64,000 bases of DNA from Paraspadella gotoi. Lineage: Eukaryota > Animalia > Chaetognatha. Location of the stretch: contig CM119266.1 of the NCBI GenBank assembly GCA_051294375.1, forward strand, positions 13,580,735 to 13,644,734, read 5' to 3'. The position numbers and the translations under genes were made by a program. The notes beneath the pieces are model-generated. The model made no database searches. It had not been told where the DNA came from and was given only the letters and a program-made list of their open reading frames with translations. Positions 51,678-64,000 of the stretch are shown piece after piece (position 1 is the stretch's first letter; each line of letters opens with the position of its first letter).

Positions 51678-52720
51678 CTGATTGGAGGAAATCAGGAAAA
51701 AATATTTTGATAGGTTGAAAAAAAAAAATTCAAATTTTTTTTTTGTGCAATAATTTTTTTTCAATCTCAGATAAAATTTTATTTTATTTTAATACTTGCA
51801 TAGGCTAAATTTTTTTTTTCGACTCGCAAAATACTAACAACTGGTTAACTGAGGGAAAATTAAAAAAAACCGACACGGTTCCACTGAATTTAATTTCTTC
51901 AAAAGTTTATAATTCAAAAAGCGTTTTATTTATTCCGCGACGATCTTCGCGCCGCAAACGAGAAAAACTAAAACTTGGAAACTTTTTAATTAAATCGTTG
52001 GGAGAAAAAGAGTGAGAGAGGTTGGGGGGGGGCGTGGAGAGAGAGCGTTCCCTGTTTCCTGGAAATCATGGGAGCTTAACAAAAACATTAAATCAAAACA
52101 TTGAATAAAAACATAAAATGAAAACATAAAAAGTCTGGAGACGATGATATCGTCGAAGAGGAGAAAATGAAGGAAACGGAACGACTCGTGAAGAAGACGG
52201 AAGATTACGCTATGATTGATGTTGTTTCTATAAAATAGAAAGAAAAAAAACATTTTAGTAAATGTGACTTCTGAAACCATTCATAATATGCCTGTAGGGT
52301 CGTACTTAACAGAAACAAACCACGCTTCGTTTTTGTTTTTTTTTAATTTCTTTTCCCTCGTTTCCAACAACACTATACGTATTTATTATTTAAATGAGTT
52401 AACATCTAATTTTATTTCACTTAAACCTATATATACAGGTAGTATAAAATAAAATAAATAAGAAGAAAAATCAAAGAATAACATTCAAGAGCATTGGCAA
52501 TTGAGCTCATTGACTTTTTCCCTTCTTTCAAGCATTAAAGTTAAAGTTCACATTATCATGGGAATTAGTTACGAACCGATTCATTCTTGGCGATAATGAA
52601 GGAATCTCGAACGCGCACCTCGTTGAAATCAATGAGAAAGGGAGAGAAAACTTATTAAAAAGGAGGGGATTTCGTTCCCGAGATTCTAATAAGAAAGTGA
52701 GAGAGAGAGAAGAGAGAGAG

Positions 52721-52751
<31 letters not shown>

Positions 52752-53324
52752 AGAGAGAGAGACGAGAGAGAGAGAGAGAGAGAGAGAAGAGAGAGGAGAG
52801 AGAGAGAGAGTAATCTGAGAAAGAATTCGTTGTACGGCTCGCTGAACCCGAAAGTTAATTTCGCGCTATTAGAGCCGCTATGGCGAAGAGGCATTGGGAG
52901 CCGTGGCAAAATCTAAGAGAATAAAAAGGGGCGAGAGTAGCGTCATCTGTCGGATTGAAAGAGCTTTGTTTCATTCGAATTCTATTTTGATTGACATTGT
53001 GATATAGCGAAAGAATTCAACGGACAACGATTGACGAGTACTTTTTTTTTTTAATGCTGCGTCCAAGTTTTTTCTCTCAATTCCACGTTTTTCAATTTAT
53101 TTTTGTCTTTTGTTTTTACACTTTCTGGTTTCCCGCGCTTTAATTCCTTCGTCGCCTCAAGGTACGACACGCTAACGATTTTAACGAGAACGCGAGAAAA
53201 TGGCGTCGTCAAGAAAAAAAAATTGAGATTAAAATTCTGTCGCGGGAAAAAAATGCAAAAATTATGAGACCAAAAGAAAGAAAAAAAAGAAAAGTTTAAT
53301 TAGGGAGAGAGAAGAGAGAGTGAT

Positions 53325-53438
<114 letters not shown>

Positions 53439-55044
53439 AGGAGAGTAAAAAGTAAAAAAAAAAGTAAAATTTTTTAAATGATTCCTCTTTTGTTTTCCAA
53501 AATGAAGTTAGGTTCTCCTCCATTTTTTTCGCCTCGCCATCTGACATCGCAATTACGATCTTACGTCGAGCGAAAAAATACTTTTTTTTTTTCCTAACAA
53601 CATCCGTGTCCTCGCTCGATATGAACGAACCGTGACTCCCCAAAAGGTTGAAACTAACCTCGTATCTTTCTTCTTTTCTTTTTATCACTTTTAGTTGTTT
53701 TTTTGAAATACGTTTTTTCTTTCTTTATCTTATATCTTTCATTCATTCTTTCTTTTCTTTCTTTCTTTTCTTCTTTTCTTTCTTCTCTCTTTCTTTTTTT
53801 TCTTTCTTATCTTTCTTTCTTTCTTTCCTTCTTTCTTTCTTTCTTTCTTTTCTTTTCTTTCTTTCCCATTTCTTTCTTTTCATTCATTTTCCACTTTTTA
53901 GCCCTGGTTCCTTCTTCGATTCCCATTTCCGAGAGTGAGAGATCTTTTAAGTCTTTAAGAATAAAACAGAAGAAAATTCCGAATCGATCACTCCTTTTTT
54001 TTTTCTTTCACCCATATTCACATCTCATCATACCCCCCTCATTCACTACCCGTCCCCCCGTTCCCCCAATTGCCCGACCCCCACCGCCTTTGTTCAATCT
54101 CTTCTCTCGAATTCCTCTTCTGTTCCGGAGAGAATAGAACCGTTCGAGAAAACGTCAAAAAATGGCGTAAATGGCGTAAATGGCAGAAAAAAAAATGAGT
54201 AAAGAAAGAAAAAAAGGGATTCTTTTTACTCTTATACTTTCTTCTGATTTATATTCTTTTTTTTTTTTTGGAAAAAAAAGAAGAAAGAAATTGGTTTCAT
54301 ACGAAATGGATATTCGCTCGAAGATTTTGAAAAGGAAAATGAAGAGAGCGGAATTAATCTTCTTGTTTTTTTTTTTTAGTTTCATTTTCCCCTTCTGTGG
54401 CGGCCTGACTTTTATTTTTTCTTTTAACGACTTTTTTCTTTACCTGTTCTCTCTCTCTCTCTCTCCTCTCTTCTTCTCTCTCTCTCTCTCTCTCTCTCTT
54501 CCTCTTCGTCTCNNNNNNNNNNNNNNNNNNNNNNNNNGAGAGAGAGAGAGAGTAATCTGAGAAAGAATTCGTTGTACGGCTCGCTGAACCGAAAGTTAAT
54601 TTCGCGCTATTAGAGCCGCTATGGCGAGAGGCATTGGAGGGCGTGGCAAATCTAAGAATAAAAAGGGGCGGAGTAGCGTCATCTGTCGGATTGAAAGAGC
54701 ATTTGTTTCATTCGAATTCTATTTTGATTGACATTGTGATATAGCGAAAGAATTCAACGACCACGATTGACGAGTACTTTTTTTTTTTAAATGGCTGCGT
54801 CCAAGTTTTTCCTCTCAATTCCGACGTTTTTCAATTTATTTTTGTCTTTTGTTTTTATCACTTTCGGTTTCCCGCGCTTTAATTCCTTCGTCGCCTCAAG
54901 GGTACGACACGCTAACGATTTTTAACGAGAACGCGAGAAAATGGCGTCGTCAAGAAAAAAAAATGAGATTAAAATTCTGTCGCGGGAAAAAAATGCAAAA
55001 ATTATGAGACCAAAAGAAGAAAAAAAGAGAAAAGTTTAATTAGG

Positions 55045-55121
<77 letters not shown>

Positions 55122-55429
55122 AGAAAGAGAGTAAAAAGTAAAAAAAAAGTAAAATTTTTTAAATGATTCCTCTTTTGTTTTCCAAAATGAAGTTAGGTTC
55201 TCCTCCATTTTTTTCGCCTCGCCATCTGACATCGCAATTAACGATCTTACGTCGAGCGAAAAAATACTTTTTTTTTTCCTAACAACATCCGTGTCCTCGC
55301 TCGAATGAACGAACCGTGACTCCCCCAAAGGTTGAAACTAACCTCGTATCTTTCTTCTTTTCTTTTATCACTTTTTAGTTGTTTTTTGAAATACGTTTTT
55401 TCTTTCTTTATCTTATATCTTTCATTCAT

Positions 55430-55464
<35 letters not shown>

Positions 55465-55465
55465 C

Positions 55466-55549
<84 letters not shown>

Positions 55550-56647
55550 TCATTCATTTTCCACTTTTTAGCCCTGGTTCCTTCTTTCTATTCCCATTCC
55601 GAGAGTGAGATCTTTTAAGTCTTAAGAATAAAACAGNNNNNNNNNNNNNNNNNNNNNNNNNNNNNNNNNNNNNNNNNNNNNNNNNNNNNNNNNNNNNNNN
55701 NNNNNNNNNNNNNNNNNNNNNNNNNNNNNNNNNNNNNNNNNNNNNNNNNNNNNNNNNNNNNNNNNNNNNNNNNNNNNNNNNNNNNNNNNNNNNNNNNNNN
55801 NNNNNNNNNNNNNNNNNNNNNNNNNNNNNNNNNNNNNNNNNNNNNNNNNNNNNNNNNNNNNNNNNNNNNNNGAATTCGCTTCTTCTGCGTCCGGAGAGAA
55901 TAGAACCGTCGAGAAAACGTCAAAAAAATGGCGTAAATGGCGTAAATGGCAGAAAAGAAAAATGAGTAAAAGAGAAAAAAAGGGGATTCTTTTTACTCTT
56001 ATACTTTCTCGGATTTATATTCTTTTTTTATTTTTTGGAAAAAAAAAGAAGAAAGAAATTGGTTTCATACGAAATGGATTCGCTCGAAGATTTTTGAAAG
56101 GAAAATGAAGAGAGCGGAATTAATCTTCTGTTTTTTTTTTTNNNNNNNNNNNNNNNNNNNNNNNNNNNNNNNNNNNNNNNNNNNNNNNNNNNNNNNNNNN
56201 NNNNNNNNNNNNNNNNNNNNNNNNNNNNNNNNNNNNNNNNNNNNNNNNNNNNNNNNNNNNNNNNNNNNNNNNNNNNNNNNNNNNNNNNNNNNNNNNNNNN
56301 NNNNNNNNNNNNNNNNNNNNNNNNNNNNNNNNNNNNNNNNNNNNNNNNNNNNNNNNNNNNNNNNNNNNNNNNNNNNNNNNNNNNNNNNNNNNNNNNNNNN
56401 NNNNNNNNNCGACGACCGCCGAATCGTCAGAGTCGGTTGACTTGATTAAAATTCGGAATAAAAATGCGCCAAATTTTAAAAGTGAAAAATAAAAAAGCGA
56501 GAACCTTTTTCCGCTAAAGCAGAAATTCATACATAACTCAGCAAATTCGCGTCAGAAACATTTAACCAGTTGAAGAAATTTTGTAGTTAAATTAAATTGA
56601 CTAAAAAACGAGAAACAAAAAAACTTAGGACGATCGTCTTTACTCAC

Positions 56648-57098
56648 CTTTCAAGTTAGCGTTGTAACCGAACATTCCAGCTCCCGGGACGCCACCCCCG
56701 CTCCTGCCGAGTCCTCCGTCAGCACCCCCGCCTCTACCTCCGGGTCTCCGACTTCCGGAAGGCAGCAGCGATTCCATTGTTCGTGTCGTGGGTCCGACAG
56801 CGAAGACGTAAGAAGGCAACGATTTGATGATTCCGGAGTTGATGTCCACAGCGGAGCCGGCGAAACCGGCCGCGGCTGCTGCGGCTGCTGCAGCTGCTGC
56901 GGCGGCATCCCCGTCTTCTTCGACGCTGGCGACGCTCGGCGCGAAGGCGAATTGTTTGGCGGTTCTTTTAGCGGCGCCGGCCACGCGCTTCCGGTGGAGA
57001 GCGCCGGAATCCTCGGCGGGCTGGAGGGGATGGGCGGCGGCGACCCCGACGCCGCGAGGCTGGCTGTAGATGTGACGGGAAGCGGCGGCGGCGGCGGC
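56648..57098 (-). CDS. 3' part of an Ala/Gly-rich exon (AAAAAASRHIYSQPRG…poly-A…GMFGYNANLK); its 5' end lies in a gap
   Basis: Open GC-rich frame from the gap edge to donor AAAG|gtgagt (phase 1), joining the 51677 acceptor as G|AT = Asp. Confidence 0.7.
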
Positions 57099-57990
57099 NN
57101 NNNNNNNNNNNNNNNNNNNNNNNNNNNNNNNNNNNNNNNNNNNNNNNNNNNNNNNNNNNNNNNNNNNNNNNNNNNNNNNNNNNNNNNNNNNNNNNNNNNN
57201 NNNNNNNNNNNNNNNNNNNNNNNNNNNNNNNNNNNNNNNNNNNNNNNNNNNNNNNNNNNNNNNNNNNNNNNNNNNNNNNNNNNNNNNNNNNNNNNNNNNN
57301 NNNNNNNNNNNNNNNNNNNNNNNNNNNNNNNNNNNNNNNNNNNNNNNNNNNNNNNNNNNNNNNNNNNNNNNNNNNNNNNNNNNNNNNNNNNNNNNNNNNN
57401 NNNNNNNNNNNNNNNNNNNNNNNNNNNNNNNNNNNNNNNNNNNNNNNNNNNNNNNNNNNNNNNNNNNNNNNNNNNNNNNNNNNNNNNNNNNNNNNNNNNN
57501 NNNNNNNNNNNNNNNNNNNNNNNNNNNNNNNNNNNNNNNNNNNNNNNNNNNNNNNNNNNNNNNNNNNNNNNNNNNNNNNNNNNNNNNNNNNNNNNNNNNN
57601 NNNNNNNNNNNNNNNNNNNNNNNNNNNNNNNNNNNNNNNNNNNNNNNNNNNNNNNNNNNNNNNNNNNNNNNNNNNNNNNNNNNNNNNNNNNNNNNNNNNN
57701 NNNNNNNNNNNNNNNNNNNNNNNNNNNNNNNNNNNNNNNNNAAGTTTTAATTAACCTTAAGATTATTATTTTAGGGATCTGAGGCAATTCCAGTTATTGA
57801 GCTATTCTTTCGGATATCCTGTATAATTTTTTGGTTTATAATTTGGAAGCTTTTAGATAAAAGTCGACTTTCCCGTTTGGTTTTAAAACACTCAAATTTA
57901 AAAAAATCTTATCTCCTAAACCACTTGACCGATTATAATAAAATTTTTAAATATTGATTCCTTTTTTAAAAAAAAATATTTTTCTTATAA

Positions 57991-58352
57991 AATTGGTACA
58001 ACCAATATAAAAATTATCCATCCATTTAATAAATAAGCTATCTTGTCCCTGACTTTGGACAGGCTTTGGTGGTTTAAAAGACCTCCATCACACTTACAAG
58101 ATAATAATATGACAGGTTTCTGCAAGCTTTTAATCAAGTCTCTCTCACAGACTTGTTTATTCACTCCCAGTGAACCTGGCTTCCCTATCAATGAAGTGGT
58201 ATAATATTTTAAAGAATGTTTCAATTGTATGAAAAGACCACTCCCTTAAGTATTAGATCGGGGAATACTATATTGTACTCCGCAGTCCGCACTAGCATCA
58301 AAATACAAGGAGCTGAATTGGTACAACCAATATAAAAATTATCCATCCATTA
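57991..58352 (-). repeat. Second copy of the ~325 bp tandem-unit repeat, about 1.1 units
   Basis: aattggtacaaccaatataaaaattatccatcc occurs at 57991 and 58316; the interior is the reverse complement of 45160-45390. Confidence 0.8.
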
Positions 58353-60387
58353 TATAATTTTTAAAAATATATTTATAGAGCGATTGGAATTTAAAGTTAT
58401 AAAGTGGCGCGGTTTTTTTGCAGAGGAGTGTATGATGTTAGAAGAAGAAGGAAAATATCGGAATTTAAATCATAAATCATCTGTCGAAGAACTAAAAAAA
58501 AAAATTTATTCCGTATTCGTCATTCGTCGCTTGGGCGGAAAACCAGTATTATTATCTTTTATCATATAATAATCTAATGTAAAATGTAATGTAATGTAAT
58601 CTAATTTAGAATTTTTAATCAATCGCGTCGTGTATGTTTATTTTGATCACAATTGGCTATTTAAAATTGTAATAAATTTAATAATGATAAAGTTTAAGCA
58701 AATGAGTAAATGAGTAAATAAAGTTAATGAGTAAATAAAGTTATTTTTTAGAAAATTGATCCTTTTTCTCATAAAATTATACGTATGATTAACAAACATT
58801 CAATGCAACTCACGCGTCATAGAAGTAAAATAATGTGAAAAAACACGTCACGCGAAACTATTTTTTCGTCTTCAAATTTCACCGTCAATATCGACATTTT
58901 GGCTTCGAAGGAAAAAAAAAATTCGCGACGAGGTTTGTTTTTAATTCCGTCGTCACAAACCTCACCCATACCTTACCCTTACCCATTCCCTTACCCTACT
59001 TTCTTTTTCCGTTTTGCCTCCGAAACGAAGCACCAGATGCCCGCCGAAGAAGAGAGAAAAAAAAAACGGAGAAAGCCGAACGATGTCGCTTCACTCACGG
59101 GATAAAAACAAAAGGAAAACAAAAGTCACCTCCGAAGAGACTCGAGGAATCGAACGTGAAAAAAAAAGCTCATAAATCACAGGAGGAACAAGTCACCCGA
59201 GGGAGAGGGGGGAGGAAAATTGGGGGAGGTAGTGAAGTAGGGCCGGAGTTTGGGGGGGGGGGAAGTGCCGGGGTTTAAGAATGAGAGTGAAGAGAGAGAG
59301 TGAGAGAGAGAGAGAGTTGTTAACTGGTCGATCGATCCGGAGACTAACGATATCGTTTTCCAACGTGAGTCCAACGGCTGAATGAGAAAAACACCCGGAT
59401 TTTCAAGACCCGCGAGAAAGACTTTTATATATTTTCTCTTTTCTCCGAATATAAAAAAAAAAAGTTTTTTTTTCCCCGAAGAAAATATTTGTGTTTTGGT
59501 CGCGTATATAGAATTTCGATGAGCAACCGGATTTTTATTTATTTATTTTTTTTTTATAGATTTTTCCCTCCCTTTGAATAAACGATGATACGCGAGACGC
59601 CAGTCATCGCATAACCCACGACGCACGTCACCGCGTCAGCCACCTGCTTTGATTTCTTCCCCGCCGGTTTAGCATGATTTTCTACTTACCTTCGCTACGC
59701 CCTAACCTCTTCTACCTTCCTCCTGCTTTTCTCAGGCCTTTCCGCCTTTCCTCTCTTTTCTCACGGCCAACCCGCCTACCAGCCACCCTCTTCTCCGCCC
59801 ATTCATATAAACCGCGGCGGCGCGGCGGCGCGGCGGCGCGGCGGCGCGGCGGCCGGTCGTCGGCGCCCGCGACGGTTGGCCTCTGTCAACCGGAAATCGG
59901 GAGAATGCCGAATAAATTTTTCCAATATTGGAAGCGAAAGGAGGAAGGCGGTCGATGGGAGGAGGATTGGATTTGTCCCGAAGACCGCGGGAGACTGATG
60001 GAGGAAAGGAAAGGAATAAAGAAAAGAAGAGGCAATATTGACTGATAGAATTGATTGAGTCGGAAAATAAGAAAAAAAGGAAAGGAAAGAGGCCAATCAT
60101 ATAAAAGAAAAGAAAAAGGGGAAAAAGAAAATTAGAGTGAAAATGAAAAAAAAGACGCAAGATGGGGGAAAAACAGTTGAAAGCAAGTAATGGGCATGAA
60201 AAGAAAGGCCATTAAACTGAAAGAGCGGTTTGACAAACAAGTAAGTCGTCTCCTATTTTATTATCTCTGCGCGGCAACTGGCCATTAAAGATCAGCTTGC
60301 CCGGGACATCGGACAAAGGATAAAGAACGCCCAGATCGCTTCTCCACACCCACCCACCCTCTTCCCAAGCCATCGATCGTTCCTTAC

Positions 60388-60553
60388 TTTTGATTGGCGT
60401 CCGTTCGGCCGTTCGAGTCTCTCTCTCCATCGACGCCGATCGCCGATTGGACGAAAGTCGACTCGGAGCGATCCGATTGGCTGACGGGACTCGCGTTGGC
60501 GGACGGCGGCGTCGAACTCTTCGAAAATTTCAACATCGCCGGGAAAAAGAAAT
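60388..60553 (-). CDS. Candidate first coding exon (ATG 60536: MLKFSKSSTPPSANASPVSQSDRSESTFVQSAIGVDGERDSNGRTDANQ)
   Basis: ctacag| acceptor, |gtaagg donor and a GC-rich open frame. The link to the next exon cannot be verified because that acceptor is in the gap 57099-57741. Confidence 0.5.
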
Positions 60554-60772
60554 CTGTAGACGGATGGTGGTGCACGATTAGAGGAGATGCACGATGGCGT
60601 CCCTCAGCCTCGACGGGCGTCGATACGAAGGCAAGAGGGCGTCATTGGTTCATTTTTGGAGATATTTCCTTTTTTTGTCTTTGGATCATATTTTCTGCGA
60701 AAATAAGAAAGTAGTGGAAGAGATAAGGGACGAGTGCAGACGAGAATAGTTAGTTAATTAGCCGTGATAAAA

Positions 60773-60829
<57 letters not shown>

Positions 60830-61166
60830 GGACAAATGATATAAAGCGTGAAAAATCATGTTCGTATGTAAACTATTAATGAATGATGATGATGAATATG
60901 ATTCTGTTTAAGCCTTTCTGCAAAGCAATCGCGTTATTTCACAAATTTTATTAAGAGAAGAAACAAAGTCGATAAAAAATTTATGATAAAGGTGGAGGTA
61001 ACACAAAGCAAAAAAAAAAAAAAAAAAAACCCGAAAAACAACAAAACTAAAACTCCGATAAAAAAACACAAACAAAGGAGATCAAAGGAAGATCAAAGGG
61101 GGATTGGAAAAAAACTGAGGGTATGAGGGAAGGAAAGAGAGAGAGAGAGAGAGAGAGAAGAGAGAG

Positions 61167-61208
<42 letters not shown>

Positions 61209-61454
61209 AAGAGAGCGAAAAGCAGGGAAAATGGATTAAAAGGGGATTTGAGTGGCGAGACCTGGCGGCGCAGAAATAGTTTCACCTGAACCTGTACTGC
61301 CGAGTCGGACGTCTGAAGGTTGATGGGATCAACGAAGGAAACAACGAGAGCCGTTTGTTTTTCGCGCTCTGGACAAGTATTTAATCGAAACGGTGAGACA
61401 GAGAGAGAGAGAGAAAAGTGGAAAAACAAAGTAACCCGGGGAGAGAGAGAGAGA

Positions 61455-61545
<91 letters not shown>

Positions 61546-61876
61546 CAGAGAAATAAGAGAGTGAGAAAGAGGAAATAGAGATAAACGCATGGGGGAGCAA
61601 AAACCGAAGAAAAAATGTGGTAGATGGATGATAGCCAGGTGTGAAAGTGACGTGCAAAGTGAGATACGCATGAATAACGAGAAATATGAGTTTTCCCTTT
61701 CACTTTTCTATTATATTTATAACTTTTTGACGTTTCCATTATGGTGGGCAATCTTAGCAAAGCGATTCCATTGGAAGAAACCGATGCACGAAAGATTTCA
61801 AAGGTTTTTAAAAGTTTCAAAACAAAAGGTCGATAAATTAACTTAAAAAAAGGGCAAAACTGACTCTCGAAACAAA

Positions 61877-62017
61877 CGGGAAGCGTGAGGACGGCCGTAA
61901 TCCGCCTTGGGGGCGTGGAAAACACTCCAGCCTAAGACCCATTCTATGACTGCCGAGAGGGCATTGAAGTTACGGGCAGTATCAGTAGTCTTCAGCCCAC
62001 GTAGCGCCTTATCCACA
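61877..62017 (+). mobile_element. 5'-truncated copy of the same SINE-like family (tRNA head absent)
   Basis: Both ends match the reverse complement of 11889-12031; the middle has diverged. Confidence 0.65.
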
Positions 62018-63905
62018 GTTTGAAAACGAAATGATAAAATAAAAAAACGTCAGACGAAAGCGTAATTTAATCAATTTAAATTCAAACAAATAAAATCAGA
62101 AAAAAGTCGCTTATGTTTTAGTTGCGTGATGCGAGTTGCGTCCGGAACATGGTTTTAATTATTCTGAAGTATAATAATAAATTAAGTATTTTAAAAGGCA
62201 CGTGGAAACGATTTCGAGAAAAGGAAACCGGAAAAACAAAGAGAAAGTGATACAATTTTGTAAAGAAATAGTTCAAATTGTATATCATCGAGTCATATAC
62301 ATTAACCTCTACGACCACAATAGCGACGATGACGACAACGACTGCGACGATGGCAGAGGCGATGACTCTTTACCGCCCATTGCCCGCGTAAAATTATCAT
62401 TTTTCATTTTTCCCTTTTCTTTTGAAATCAAAAAAAGTTTTTCCCTGTCGTTTTTACCGCTTCTTCTTTGAAACAAAAGAAATTTTCAAAATGGCTGTCG
62501 GAAGATCAAAAGAAAAGAATAGCAAAGGAATTCTTTAGACGCGTTGATTTTTCATGAAACTTGAATGTTGTAGTTGTAAAAAGTTTAGGTTTAAAATCTT
62601 ATTACAAAATAAAGAGAATAAACGATCAAGGGGAAAATGATAACAATTATATCGATGATCTAATTAAACGAACCGACCTCCGCGCTCTCAGAAACCGTAA
62701 GTTTTTGCAGGCAAAATGAGCGCAGTATTGATGAGAGAAGCCCCACTTAATAATAAATATTATCAATTCCGATGATTAATTTCCAGTTTATTCGCAATTA
62801 ACTGATAACGATTAGTTTTAAATATCTAGTCGCTTTGAAAACGAATGCACTCGACGAAAACAAGTTGGAATTGTATTACGTTTTAATTTACACATTTGAC
62901 GAGAGAGAGATATATACGGAGTCTGTTGCCGCTCGGCAGAAAAATGAAGCAAGACTGACATCTTGTGTTATATTTCGTCAGTTTAACCTTAAAAATATAG
63001 ATATTTATAAATTTTTATTATTCTCTCAACCGACTTCGTCGACATCATTCGTGGATCACGCCAACTGTCGTCAAAGGCGTGCGCTTCGTCGTCCTTCTAG
63101 ACGTGACTTTTTCCTCCCAGAGACGTCAACTCGCCGTCGTTCTGTCCTCGCGCGACAAACGTAGTCTTGGCGTCTCGGTACCATTTTCAGCGTCCACCGT
63201 CCGTCGCCGATTTACGAGGATTCCATTTGGCGGCGACAACTCAGTTTCGAAACTCGGTTCACCTCGAGGATCGCCAATTGTACCGGGTGATTATCAACGA
63301 ACGCCATCGATAATAAAGATGGTTTTGCCGTTCGAATGAGTAGATAAAAAGCTGTGATTAATTGTGAGATATTTTGTGCTTCAGGCATCAAAAACAAACC
63401 TTCTGTTCCTAAAATGTATTAAAGTAAACTATTACATAAATATTCAAACCTAAAAAATAAAATCTCCTAATATTATTAAGTTTAAATAATTATATCTCTT
63501 AAATTTTTGGGGGGATCGCTCGTTGTTAATCACCCTGTAGAAGGGTTGCACGTGGGAAAAAAAGATATTCTGTTTTCTCTTTTCTTTTCCCGGAGGCGAT
63601 GCTTTTTTTTTTGTCGGAGGAGATTGGAGGCGGTCGCAGCGGCGGTGGCGGTGGCGGTGGCGGCGGTGGCGGCGGCGGCGCTGTCGGCGGTGGAAACGAA
63701 TACCCCCTCACCGCCCCACGCTTCTTTCCGTTTCGGGCTGAAGGGGCGGCGTGGCGTAAGAGATACGCGGCCGGAAACAAAACAAAAGGAAGGCGGAAGT
63801 TTTCGTTGAGATTGTTGTCGTTGTCGTTGTTGTCGTACTCCCAACGCGAAAGAGGCGCATGCAGACAGGGGGGACAAAAGGGAATCTGAAAAGTGTGAAA
63901 GAGAG

Positions 63906-63976
<71 letters not shown>

Positions 63977-64000
63977 GGAAGAGAGAGAGAGAGAGAGAGG

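Overview
Eukaryotic (animal-like, probably invertebrate) genomic DNA from a gappy draft assembly. It has AT-rich introns, very abundant (GA)n/(TC)n microsatellites, short GC-rich exons with GT-AG boundaries and 15 N-gaps. Most ORFs in the supplied track are microsatellite or N artefacts. Exon-by-exon reading supports two paralogous MARVEL-domain (CMTM/plasmolipin/MAL-like, 4-TM) genes with the same exon architecture, most likely arranged tail-to-tail. Gene A is on + (exons 1380-1713, 4951-5138 and ~12912-13090, plus two 3' exons in a segment at ~19550-21470 that appears mis-inverted in the assembly). Gene B is on - (37372 to 22662). Matching splice phases suggest gene B extends upstream through exons at 51677-50979, ~57098-56648 and 60553-60388, which would give a MARVEL protein with a very long low-complexity N-terminus. 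Mobile DNA comprises a TA-flanked Tc1/mariner-type MITE, a ~600 bp foldback MITE with an 8-bp TSD, a TIR element with a CCTAA(C)-rich core, a tRNA-derived SINE (2 copies) and a ~310-325 bp tandem-unit repeat with a degenerate hammerhead-like motif. All five 25-N gaps sit beside direct or inverted duplications that differ by indels, and a degraded PacBio SMRTbell adapter-like sequence lies at the axis of one inverted duplication. These duplications are therefore best read as long-read gap-filling artefacts. I see no well-supported novel biological system. The best biological leads are the long-tailed MARVEL paralogue pair and the retrozyme-like repeat.
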